A stretch of DNA of 64,000 nucleotides. Source: an uncultured cyanobacterium (GTDB taxonomy: Bacteria > Cyanobacteriota > Cyanobacteriia > Cyanobacteriales > Microcystaceae). The stretch covers positions 68,348 through 132,347 of the forward strand of contig CAWEDJ010000075.1 in NCBI GenBank assembly GCA_963807635.1. The letters are read 5' to 3'. The translations under genes were made by a program, and so were the position numbers. The notes below the pieces were generated by a model. That model was not told where the DNA came from and searched no databases. It saw only the letters and a list, made by a program, of their open reading frames with translations. Shown here one piece after another: positions 53,213 to 64,000 of the stretch (the stretch's first letter is position 1; every line of letters begins with the position of its first letter).

Positions 53213-55482
53213 ATGGGAAAAGTAGTCGGCATTGACCTCGGAACAACCAACTCCGTCGTGGCGGTAATGGAGGGGAGAAAACCCATCGTGATCGCCAATT
53301 CAGAAGGAATGCGGACAACGCCATCGGTGGTGGGATTCAACAAAGATGGAGAATTTGTGGCGGGTCAGATGGCACGGCGACAATCGGTGCTGAACCCTCA
53401 AAATACCTTTTATGGGGTGAAACGCTTCATGGGAAGGCGGTATGGCGAATTAACGACGGAATCGAAAAAAGTCCCCTATACCATCCGACGAGACGAAAAC
53501 GAGAATATCAAGATTAAATGCCCGCGACTGAAAAAAGATTTTGCCCCCGAAGAAATTTCGGCCATGATCCTGCGTAAATTGGCCGAAGAAGCCAGCCGTT
53601 ATCTGGGGGAAAAAGTGACGGGGGCGTGATCACAGTTCCCGCCTATTTTAATGATTCCCAACGGCAAGCCACCAGAGATGCGGGCAAAATTGCGGGTTTG
53701 GAGGTTTTACGAATTATCAATGAACCAACGGCGGCGGCTTTAGCCTACGGATTGGATCAACGCAGGAGCCAAAAAATTCTGGTGTTTGATTTGGGGGGAG
53801 GAACCTTTGATGTGTCGGTGTTGGAAGTGGGGGATGGCGTTTTTGAAGTAAAGGCGACCAGTGGTGATACCCAATTAGGAGGCGGTGATTTTGACAAACG
53901 TATTGTCAATTGGTTAGCAGAAAAATTTTTAGAGCAGGAAAAAATTGATTTGAGGGAAGATCGCCAAGCTTTGCAACGACTGACAGAAGCGGCGGAAAAA
54001 GCCAAAATCGAGTTGTCGGGCGTAACAGTAACGGATATTAATTTACCGTTTATCACAGCTACCGAAGCAGAAGGCCCAAAGCATCTGGAAACTCGGCTAA
54101 CCCGTCCAGAATTTGAAGATCTTTGCGGGGATTTAATTAGTCGGTTGCGTCGTCCTTTGAAACGGGCTTTATCCGATGCGGGCTTGAGTCCTGTGCAAAT
54201 TGATGAGGTGGTTTTGGTCGGGGGTGGCACCAGAATGCCCTTGATTAAGCAATTAGTCCGCAGTTTTATTGACAAGGAACCCAATGAAAATGTGAATCCT
54301 GATGAGGTAGTGGCGATCGGTGCGGCCATTCAAGCGGGCATTTTGGGGGGTGAGGTGAAAGATGTGTTGTTGTTGGATGTGTCTCCCCTTTCCCTGGGAT
54401 TGGAAACGATTGGTGGGGTGATGAAGAAATTACTGCCCCGTAATACGACAATTCCTGTGCGGAAGTCGGATATTTTCTCAACGGGCGACAATAATCAAAC
54501 GATGGTTGAAATCCATGTTCTGCAAGGGGAACGGGAGATGGCCGCCGATAATAAATCCCTGGGGCGGTTTAAGTTGACGGGAATTCCCCCCGCACCAAGA
54601 GGTTTACCGCAAATTCAGGTTTCCTTTGATATTGATGCCAATGGAATTTTGCAGGTGACGGCGCGGGATAAGACAACGGGCCGAGAACAGAGTATTACGG
54701 TGCAGGGAGCTTCGACGCTGAGCGAGTTTGAAGTTAACCGCATGATCCAAGAAGCTGAACAGTTTGCCGACGAGGATCGGGAGCGACGGGAACGGATAGA
54801 AAAACGGAATAAGGCTAAGGCTTTGACGGATCAGGCTCAACGACGATTGAAGGAAGTGACCCTAGATTTTGGGAGTGCTTTTACCGTTTCCTATCGTCGG
54901 CAGGTGGATGCGTTGTCGGGGGAAATTTTGGATGCTTTAGCCAAGGAAGATGAACGCCGTTTAGACCGCGCCCAGGCGGATCTGCAAGATGTTCTCTATG
55001 AGTTAAATCGAGAGGTTCGTCTGCAATACGCGGATGAGGACGAGGGCTTTTTTAGCGCGATTCGTAAAACCTTTACGGGTGATGATGACGATGAGGAGCT
55101 TTATGGTAGCCGTTCGGGTTATCGAGAGGATGTTCGTCCAAGTCGCAATGAAAATCGGGGTGCTTCCTATCGATCGCCGTCTGCGGCTCCCAGGGATAAT
55201 TATGGTTCGGGATTTCCCCAGTATGATGAGCCGAGAAATGTCCGCAAGCCTCGTTATAGCAATTACGATGCCTACGAAGAGTATCCAGAAAAAGGGGACT
55301 ATGATTACAATCGTCCGACTACCCCTCGGCAACGACCCACGAATAATGGCGATTTACAGGGCAGACCTGTACGCGATCGCGCCAATAGCTGGGATAATGA
55401 GCGAAATAGCACGGGGAAACGAGGCCGTCCAATGCCACCAGAAAATAATTGGGACGATGACGATGATGACGATTGGTTCTAG
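53213..55482 (+). CDS. dnaK: Chaperone DnaK, DnaK3 type with long acidic tail (frameshift at about 53625)
   Basis: [25 protein letters not shown] motifs; WDDDDDDWF end; followed by dnaJ. Confidence 0.95.
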
Positions 55483-55578
55483 GATCGTCGCCTAATTATC
55501 GATAATTAATTGTCAGTGGTGAGTATTTAAGCTATCAGCAATTAGCTGAAATAGGTTGTTCATAATCGCTAAATTTCT

Positions 55579-56460
55579 ATGCAACAAGTGCGTAATTATT
55601 ATCAAATTTTGGGTGTGCCGAGGGATGCGACCAATGAAGAAATCAAGAAAACTTTTCGTAAGTTAGCTCGCCAGTATCATCCTGACGTGAATCCCAATAA
55701 TAAATTGGCAGAGGAAAAGTTTAAGGATATTAATGAAGCCTACGATGTTCTCTCCGACGAGAGTAAGCGTTTAGACTACGATAATGTGCTTTTTGGGAAA
55801 GGAAAACGCAAGGTTCCTGTTCGTCCTCCCACGGGTAACCGCAATGGCGTTCCCCCCCGACAAACGGCAACAGATTGGAAGGATTTCGCGCCCCAGACCA
55901 CGAAACGAGCTAAAGTTGTTACCCCTAATCGCCAAACTCCGAGGGATGTGGAGGCAAAGTTAACGATTCCCTTAGAAAAAGCTTATCGGGGAGGAAGAGA
56001 AAGAATTCGTCTAGAAGATGGGCGATCGCTGGAGGTAGAAATGCCCCCAGGGATGATTGATGGCCAACGAATTCGTCTGAAAGAACAGGGAGTTAATGCA
56101 GGGGATTTGTATCTCAAAATTAGCATTTCTCCCCATGCTTTTTTTGAAGTGCAGGGATCAGATATTTTTTGTCAAATTCCTGTTACACCCAGTGAAGCGA
56201 TTTTAGGAGCGGCAGTAGAAGTTCCAACCATTGATGGGTTAGTAAAAATGACGATTCCCAAGGGAGTAAAAGCGGGACAAAGATTACGATTAGCCCAGAA
56301 AGGCTATCCTGACAATCGAGGCAGTCGCGGTGATCAACTGGTAGAAATTCAAATTGCCATTCCGCCCGAATTAAGTGAAAAGGAATTGGAATTGTATCAA
56401 GCGATTCGAGAGCTAGAAAGTTACAATCCCCGCAAACCGTTTTTACAACCGTTATCTTAA
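55579..56460 (+). CDS. dnaJ: DnaJ-class co-chaperone (J domain + C-terminal domain, no Zn finger)
   Basis: HPD motif; [15 protein letters not shown]. Confidence 0.9.
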   Translation: MQQVRNYYQILGVPRDATNEEIKKTFRKLARQYHPDVNPNNKLAEEKFKDINEAYDVLSDESKRLDYDNVLFGKGKRKVPVRPPTGNRNGVPPRQTATDWKDFAPQTTKRAKVVTPNRQTPRDVEAKLTIPLEKAYRGGRERIRLEDGRSLEVEMPPGMIDGQRIRLKEQGVNAGDLYLKISISPHAFFEVQGSDIFCQIPVTPSEAILGAAVEVPTIDGLVKMTIPKGVKAGQRLRLAQKGYPDNRGSRGDQLVEIQIAIPPELSEKELELYQAIRELESYNPRKPFLQPLS

Positions 56461-56462
56461 AC

Positions 56463-56765
56463 TTATAGAAACGGAAAAATTGTCTTCACGAACTTACGAA
56501 TTTGTAATAGGAAAACCAGGTTGCGAATCTTGGAATTAATTTGCGGAGGATAGGGACTTTTGGCTTTTTCTTCCTTTAATTGGGCATACTCAGATGGCGT
56601 TACGGGTCTCCCATCAATCGGCGATCGCGCTTCGAGAATAATTTCAGTCCGTAAAACCTCTTCAGGAATATCATCGACAGGGGGTAAAGCTAAAATTTTT
56701 TGACTAGCAATTAATAATAGGTTCCCAATGATTAAAGAACTCAAATAAACTTTTTTTTGATTCAT
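56463..56765 (-). CDS. Conserved cyanobacterial hypothetical protein
   Basis: Signal-like N-terminus; DIPEEVLRTEIILEARSPIDG. Confidence 0.7.
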   Translation of the reverse strand: MNQKKVYLSSLIIGNLLLIASQKILALPPVDDIPEEVLRTEIILEARSPIDGRPVTPSEYAQLKEEKAKSPYPPQINSKIRNLVFLLQIRKFVKTIFPFL

Positions 56766-56803
56766 ATATTTATAAGTTTAAAGGAACTTTTCTAGTTTAT
56801 TTC

Positions 56804-57148
56804 TTAAAAACTAACTTTACGATATAACCAATTGACTAAAAGTTCGGCACAATTCTTTTTAAACCAACGCCACATGAGAACTTTTGCGACGGGCTTAGGC
56901 AACTTAGCCAGAGACTTGAGAAAACTATTTAAAGGAGAAAATTTGATTTTTTTATTAATAATATTAATGACTCCCACATCATAAAGAGAGTCCAAAACTA
57001 ATCTAATGGTCGATTCTTCTCGTTCAAACAGATCCTGGAGCATCACTTTGACATCGTGCATTCGTTCTTGCTTAAATCGTTCTTCGGCAGCGACTTTGGG
57101 CGAAACGGGACGGATAGCGATCGCCTGACTTTTTTGGGTTGTTAGCAT
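56804..57148 (-). CDS. Hypothetical protein
   Basis: Intact 114-aa ORF ending LVNWLYRKVSF. Confidence 0.65.
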   Translation of the reverse strand: MLTTQKSQAIAIRPVSPKVAAEERFKQERMHDVKVMLQDLFEREESTIRLVLDSLYDVGVINIINKKIKFSPLNSFLKSLAKLPKPVAKVLMWRWFKKNCAELLVNWLYRKVSF

Positions 57149-57239
57149 AATTTTTTTATAATAAACGAACTGTCGGGAACAGTTATAATTTAAGTCTTAA
57201 GCGAATTTTTAGCAATAAATTTAAGCTTTAAATTATAGG

Positions 57240-57988
57240 TTAAATTTTGCCAAAGCGTCGTTCCCGTTGTTGATAATCTAATAAAGCTTTATGTAATTCC
57301 TGTTGATCAAAGTCTGGCCAGAGCGTCGGGGTGACGTAAATCTCCGCGTAGGCCATTTGCCATAGTAGAAAATTACTAATCCGCATTTCTCCACTGGTAC
57401 GAATTAACAGATCGGGGTGGGATAAACCCGCCGTATAGAGGTGTTTCTCTAGAATGGTTTCATCAATCTCTTCTGCTTTGATCAATCCTGCCTGTACTTT
57501 TTGGGCGATCGCCTGACAAGCCTGGACAATTTCCTGACGACCGCCGTAATTAGTGGCTACCGTAAACTCAATCCCCGTATTATTCTGAGTATCCGCCATT
57601 GAACGGCTAATTTCTTCCTGAAGTGAAGCGGGAAGGGACTCTAGATTACCAACAAAGCGAATTCGCACATTTTCTTCCATCATCTCTTTTAACTCTTTCC
57701 GCAACACCCGTTCAAACAACGTCATCAAAAATTCCACTTCTTCCAACGGTCTGCCCCAGTTTTCCGTCGAAAAAGCGTAGGCAGTCAGGGCCAAATCCCC
57801 CAATCATTACAACAGCGCAATAAACTTTTGAGGGTATCAACCCCCCTTTGATGGCCCATGATACGAGGTAAACCCCGACGTTTAGCCCAACGCCCATTGC
57901 CATCCATAATGACTGCAATATGGTGCGGTAATCGATTTTGAACAAGATCGGCAGGGAGTTTTGGGGTCACAATGGGTTTAGCGGTCAT
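57240..57988 (-). CDS. uppS: Undecaprenyl diphosphate synthase / isoprenyl transferase (frameshift near 57795)
   Basis: [35 protein letters not shown] motifs. Confidence 0.93.
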
Positions 57989-58900
57989 TTCTTGTCGTCT
58001 TTCGCAGTTGATGAGGGAATTAGAAATAAACGTTTGAGAAACAAATTACTTTGTAAACCAATTGTACGACCTAGCCGCCCTAAACTCGGCGCAACGGATT
58101 CTCGTTCGACCAATGGTGTGTATTTTGCTTCTAATAATTCTTTGAGTTTGCTACTGGTTAGGGGACGATTGAGATTTCCATTTTCTGCGAGAGTAATCGA
58201 CCCTGTTTCTTCAGAAACCACCACACAAAGACAATTTTCGCTCCGTTCGGTAATTCCCATCGCCGCTCGGTGACGAGTTCCCAATTGTCTAAAGCAGTTC
58301 GTTCTGAGAGGGGCAAAATCACTCCCGCCGCCATAATTCGTGAACCCCGAATAAAAACAGCTCCATCATGTAAGAGAGTTTTAGGCTGAAAAATTGTTTG
58401 CAGCAATTCCTTTGACACTTCCCCGTTGAGCTTAACTCCTTGGTTGACAAATAGCTTATGGTCTAAAGTTCCAAAGGTTTCGACCACAATCAAAGCCCCA
58501 ATGCGATTTTGGGAAAGTTCCTTGACCGCATCAACCATTTCATCAATCAGATTATCGGCTTTGGGGGAAGAGCTTTGGGGCTTGAGGAGTTGTAAAATCT
58601 GCCCTCGTCCTAATAATTCCAAAAATCGTCGAAGTTCGGCTTGAAAAATGACTGCCATCGCCACGGCGGCGCTGCTAAGATAATTTTTCTAAGACAAATT
58701 TCAATAAATCGAGGTGGAGGCCATCGCTGATGACCTGAAGTAACATCAACACGATCAACCCCCGCATCATCCAGAGAGTACGACGTCACCAATAATCAGG
58801 AGCATCAGGTACAGCAACGCCAGCACTAGGGCCAACATCCAAAATATTGTGGAATAGTGCAGAGGGAAAGAAAGCGTTGGTCAGGAGGAAAACCCGACAT
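57985..58900 (-). CDS. cdaA: Diadenylate cyclase CdaA (several frameshifts; start approximate)
   Basis: [29 protein letters not shown] motifs; lysA-cdaA-uppS synteny. Confidence 0.9.
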
Positions 58901-58940
58901 GAGAAAAAAGGCGTGACCGCAAGAAGGAATAATCAACAAA

Positions 58941-60376
58941 TCATAACCGAGACGTTCTACTTTTAACAGTCTGGTTCGGTAGGCAATCCTGACGAGTTAG
59001 ATCAACGTAGGTTTCCCGTTGAAGGAAGAGGTTGGCTTCTCCGTTATTGACTAAAACCGCCGCAGGACGGGGTAAGCGATTGTAATTCAGAGCCATACTA
59101 TAGTTATAGGCTCCCGTATCCATTACCACCAAGATGTCTCCCGCTTCCGTTTCGGGTAAGGGAGTTTCTTTGATGAGAATATCCCCTGATTCACAATGTT
59201 TTCCTGCAACAGTGACAGTTTCTTGATAGGGTGCCGACATTTTATTTGGCTAAGGCAACCCGATATTGCGATTGATAGGTGATGGGGCGGGGATTATCGG
59301 ACATTCCTCCATCTACGGCGATATAGGTACGAATTTCGGGGACAACTTTGCGACTACCAACGGTATAGGGCTCAACGCAAGCCGTTCCAATCAGCGATCG
59401 CCCTGGGTTCTGCAATAATTTTAGGTAAGGCCATTTGTCGGGGTACTTCACAAGCTTTGACCACCGATTGAGCCGCCGCTTTCACCCATTCTTACAAATG
59501 CTCAGGGGGATCATCACTTTCGGTATAACGAATTCCTAAACCGCCACCAATATTTAATTCCATCAAGGGTAAACCGTAGCTGATCCTTTTTCGGAACCAT
59601 TCCACTAAAACCACCCCTAAATCCTGATGGGGTTGGCGTTCAAAAATTTGCGAACCAATATGGGCGTGCAGACCGACACAATTCAAACTGGGTTGTTGAC
59701 TCACGTAGGTAAAGACCCCTTCGAGTTGATGGAGATCAAAGCCAAATTTACTATCCAGATGTCCTGTGCGGATGTATTCGTGGGTATGACATTCGATGCC
59801 AGGTGTTAGGCGCAACATGATCCGAATGGTTTTTTCAGGAGAATTGGCTCCTAATTTAACTAAATTTTGTAATTCTAACCAATTATCGACAATAATCGTG
59901 CAGCCTGTTGCGATCGCGTATTCTAGTTCTTGAACGGATTTATTATTACCGTGAAAATAAAAAAACCAGCAGCATGGCGATCGACCAACCCATTTGTTCT
60001 AGGGCATTGAGGGTTGTAAACAGTTCTCCACCCGAAACCACATCAAAACCCAGATCTTCGCTGGCAACAACGGCACAAACACCGAAACAACTCCAAGCTT
60101 TAGACGCATAAATGACTTGAGATTCGCCAGGATAATCTTCCGAAAGGAATCCCGATACTGACGGCAAGCTTCCCGCAAAGTGACTTCATCTAAGATATAA
60201 AGCGGTGAACCGAACTGTTCGACCAACTGGGGAACATCACAACCGCCGATTTCTAAGGCATCTTTTTCGTTAATCTTGGCGGTTAGGGGCAATAAATTCT
60301 GATTAGGGGAAGTTGAGGGAGATGAGGTGAAATAATGCTTCCCAGAGAGTTGGGGTCGAGATTCTGTCGATAACAT
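58941..60376 (-). CDS. lysA: Diaminopimelate decarboxylase (many frameshifts)
   Basis: YASKA, SKFG, HAHIGSQ, NIGGG, VDGGMSDNPRP, GKHCESGD, GAY motifs. Confidence 0.92.
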
Positions 60377-60566
60377 AGTCAATATGGGTCAGATTAGGGA
60401 AATCTTGGAATTTGAGTCATAGTTCAATCTAATTGTATCAAGTTGTGGTATTTAGTGTTGATCCTATGATCCTTGGTCAGGAATTCCCATTTTTAGTCTC
60501 GGAGGCGATCGCTTCTTACACATTAGGAAAACTGCGATCGCCTCTTGATATCAATAGTCCAATCTT

Positions 60567-61229
60567 TTAAAAACTAATCTGACTCAAAATATACCGCAAT
60601 CGATCATAATCATCCTTCAACAACAAACTCAAATTTCTTCCCACCGTCACCAACCAAGCGCGATCGCCCTTTCGTAACCGATAAATATCCCGAACTGTCG
60701 CCGCAATCAACGCATCGGCTGGGGCATCAGTTACCTGTAACAATACCCGCAAAAAATCAGGCTTATCCGTAAAATCCATAATTTCTGCCTGATCGCACTG
60801 AAAAACCGCTTGATGAATTTGGGGCAGTAGGGGAGGAAGATAATGATAAATTTGCCCCGTTGCCAGGCAATCGCGTCCCGTCGGTGGCATCTCAAACCCC
60901 ACGATCGCCGCCCGAAACTCAGTCTTTAACATTGCAAAAATTTGGGGTTGTTGTTCCCGCAGTTCCTAGGACGAAAGACCCAACGCCCGCGCCCGATGAA
61001 TAGAATCAATGGGAGAAGTCGTCACATAACTCACCACCGCAAAAATTTTATTGCCCGTTTCCTCATCGATCGCCTTAATCCAACTCCCAAAGGGCGGCAT
61101 CACAGGAAAATTCAAATCTTCAGGCTCCAAACATTGGGCCAAAAAATTAGTCGTGGACGTTTCAATGACCTCGGCAATGTGATGGGGATGGCGATCGTTG
61201 AGAGTAAATTGGGGAAGAGAAGCACGCAT
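60567..61229 (-). CDS. HAS-barrel domain protein (frameshift near 60960)
   Basis: AEVIETSTT.F.AQC...PPFGSW...PIDSIHRARALG...LKTEFRAAIVG. Confidence 0.78.
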
Positions 61230-61248
61230 GGCAATGATTAGGAAACCT

Positions 61249-61440
61249 TTATTTTTTGCCCTTCACCGTCGGATCGAGAGCCGCTAATTCCTTCAGTTGA
61301 AATGTCACCAATTTATCCCAATTTCCATTTTCAAAAAGCACAGCCGCCTTACCATCACTCACCCGTTGAACGAGTCCTTCAAAACAATAGTAAGTATCAT
61401 TGGGATTAGTCACACGAACCGTTGCACCAGGTAAAATCAT
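61249..61440 (-). CDS. ndhS: NAD(P)H dehydrogenase (NDH-1) subunit S
   Basis: ILPGATVRV...[28 protein letters not shown]. Confidence 0.92.
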   Translation of the reverse strand: MILPGATVRVTNPNDTYYCFEGLVQRVSDGKAAVLFENGNWDKLVTFQLKELAALDPTVKGKK

Positions 61441-61504
61441 GGTTTTATTCCTCAGATAATTGAACTTGTTTTAGCTTAACAGGATCTTTGCCAGATTGAA
61501 ACCC

Positions 61505-64000
61505 TTAAAAACGGGATTTAAAAGTATTTTGTTTCCAAAAATCTTCCACCAGGGTATAGAAAACGGGAACCACAATCAAACTCAACAGAGAAGAGGTAAT
61601 CAGACCGCCAATAATCGCTACGGCCATGGGTTGACGCAATTCGGCTCCTGCCCCCAAACCTAAAGCCAGGGGCAACATTCCCAAAATTGTTGAAGCGGTG
61701 GTCATCAAAATCGGGCGTAATCGGACGACTCCTGTTTCTAACAGGGCATCATAAACCCAGGTTAAATCCTTTTTTGCGGAGTTGGTTGGCGTAATCAATC
61801 AATAAAATCGCATTTTTATCCAATAATCCCAACAAAAAAATCAGTCCAATCAAGGAAATCATGCCAAAATCGCTTTGGGTAATCAATAAACCTAACATGG
61901 CTCCGACGATGGAAAGGGGCAAGGAAAGGGCAATAACAAGGGGTTCCAAGAAACTTCTGAAAAGTAAGACTGGGAATAGACAACATTCCCCCCAAAGAAA
62001 GCAGGAGGGCGATCGCAAACTCAGTAAAAACTTAACGAGACCGATTCTGGCGGAATCTCCCTGGAGTTCAAGACTGACTCCCGTTGGTAAGAGGGATTGG
62101 GCTAGGCTCTCGACCTCGGTGGTGATTTCTCCCAGGGTATAGTTGGGGGCGAGATTGGCACTGAGATAAACTGCTCTTTTTCCCTTGAAATGTTCAATAC
62201 TATCGCCATTTTCCGTGATGCCTGTGAGTTTGATTTGAATTAAACCAGGGATTTTTTCGACTTTGGTTTTTAATTTTTCCGCCGTTGTTTGTAAAAGGTT
62301 TAGATCCTCGCCCATTAATGCCACTTTTAAGGGACTATCATCCCCTGTTTGCACAAATAAAATATCTTCCACACTGGTCGTCACCTTGGGAAGTTTCGGT
62401 AAGGATTGACGTAAATTTTCTTGGATTTGGCTAGTTTTGGGATTACCCGATCGCCCTTGAGTTGGACATAGATTTTGCCTTTGAGGGGATTGCCTTGTAC
62501 AGCCGCAATCGTAAAAATGGACTGAGTTTCGGGTAGGGCTAAAATCGTCGGCTCTAGTTTTTCGGCAGTGCGATGAGTCCTCCTTAACAAAAAGCCTTCG
62601 GGAGATTGGGCAATATCACCAACCCAATCAAAGGCTCCAGAACTTTCCGTAGCGTTTTTTTCAGCTTGAGGTTTGAATTTTCCCGCGAGGTTAGGCAATG
62701 CGGGCGTGTAGATGACATTAAATTCTCCTCGGTCTAAAACAGGAATAAAACATGGGGAATGAGGGGAATTAGGGCCAGTCCTGCGATTAAACTAGCGATC
62801 GCGATTCCTATAACCGTCGGACGATGGCGCAATGACCAATCTAAGACCTGACGATAGAGCGTTTGGCATTTCGATGAGTAGTGCGTAACCTTTCAATTAA
62901 AACTTTTTTCAGAAAGGTCAACCTTTTTTTCGTAACCACAAGACCGATAAAACTGGGGAAAGTGTCCGTGCCACCAACGAGAAAAAATCACCGCACTGGC
63001 GACCGTAAAGGCAAAGGGTTTAAAAAATTGCCCTAAACTGCCCCCCAATCAAGGCGATCGGCAAAAATACGGCAACAATCGATAAACTGGTCGCCGAAAC
63101 CGTTAATCCGATCTCTTCGGTGGCCAGGATCGCGGCTTGGCGGGGCGTTTCTCCTGCTTCGATGTGACGGCTAATATTTTCTACATCCACGATCGCATCA
63201 TCCACCACAATGCCAATCACCAGGGCGAGGGGCAAATAGGGTTAACGTTTCCAGATTTAAACCCAAAATTGCCATCACAATAAACGTTCCCAAGAGAGAC
63301 AGGGGAATGGCGATCGCGGTAATCAGGGTCGCCCACCAACTCCGTAAAAAGGGATAAATCACTAAAACTGCTAAAAAAATCGCCCCAAACAACGATTCAA
63401 GGGTGGCATTCGTCGCTTCTCGAATATAGTCCGGCCTGGGTTTCGGCTAGGGTAAACTGAATGGCTGGAAATTGATTTTGTAAAGTTTCAATGGTTTTTT
63501 GGGCAGATTTCACCACTTCTAGGGTATTGGCCGATCCTTTTTTGATTACCTGAACCGCTAGGACATCTTTGCCATTCAAACGGGTGAGGGTAGGAGGATT
63601 GGCATCGGGGACGCTTCCATCGGATATTTCCCTAAAATCGGCATCTCCTAACAAATTGACGGTCAAAACGCCCGATAATTGACTAAGAGCGGGAATAATT
63701 TTCGTTTTAGCAAGCTGACTGAGTTCTTCTAAGGATTGGGTCGAAGGTGCGATCGCGTAGGTAACGGCACTGGATTCATTGAGATTGAAGGGAAAAATTT
63801 CAATTTTGGCTCCAGCAGGTAAGGGGAGAGATTTGAGAGCTTTTTTAACGGTTTCTGTTGAACTTTCGAGATTTAAACCCGCATCAAAGGCAATACTGAG
63901 GACTGATCGCCCTGCATAGGTAGAGGAATAGAGGGTGGTTTGTGGTAACGGTTGCAGTCGTTTTTCTAGCGGTACGGTGAGTTGAGTTTCTGTTAGTTCT
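61505..64000 (-). CDS. AcrB-family RND permease, 5'-partial and heavily frameshifted
   Basis: [43 protein letters not shown] motifs in successive ORF fragments. Confidence 0.88.

Noticed and set aside
53757..54329. Long antisense ORFs opposite dnaK, murD and the RND genes
   Set aside because: Shadow ORFs of conserved genes with no independent coding evidence.
55040..55482. Long disordered acidic tail on DnaK
   Set aside because: A known feature of cyanobacterial DnaK3, not novel.

Overview
Chromosomal window from a unicellular freshwater-type cyanobacterium. It is dense in HIP1 (GCGATCGC), and gene content plus an EF-Tu without the usual cyanobacterial loop insertion point to the Synechocystis-like Chroococcales (inference). 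Most of it is housekeeping: plmA-like GntR, murD, pyrC, lepB, hpt, zds, menI-like thioesterase, the str operon (rpsL-rpsG-fusA-tufA-rpsJ), recQ, nagA, tgt, two RND efflux loci, sfsA, pheA, ahcY, dnaK3-dnaJ, lysA-cdaA-uppS and ndhS. Many essential genes carry frameshifts clustered at about 19-21.6 kb and 57.8-64 kb; these look like long-read consensus errors, not pseudogenes. Two accessory islands (about 3.1-7.7 kb and 43-48.7 kb) hold IS630, IS701 remnants, ISL3, ISAs1, a MITE, REP-like elements and orphan genes. Each island also carries a tandem pair of small coiled-coil/C-terminal-TM genes. These genes are separated and flanked by a conserved non-coding module (stop + paired HIP1-like sites + promoter + leader hairpin) in an n genes / n+1 repeats layout. 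This cassette-array-like arrangement is the best candidate for an undescribed system here. No CRISPR array, tRNA or rRNA was recognised. All family assignments are from motif recognition by eye; no searches were run.
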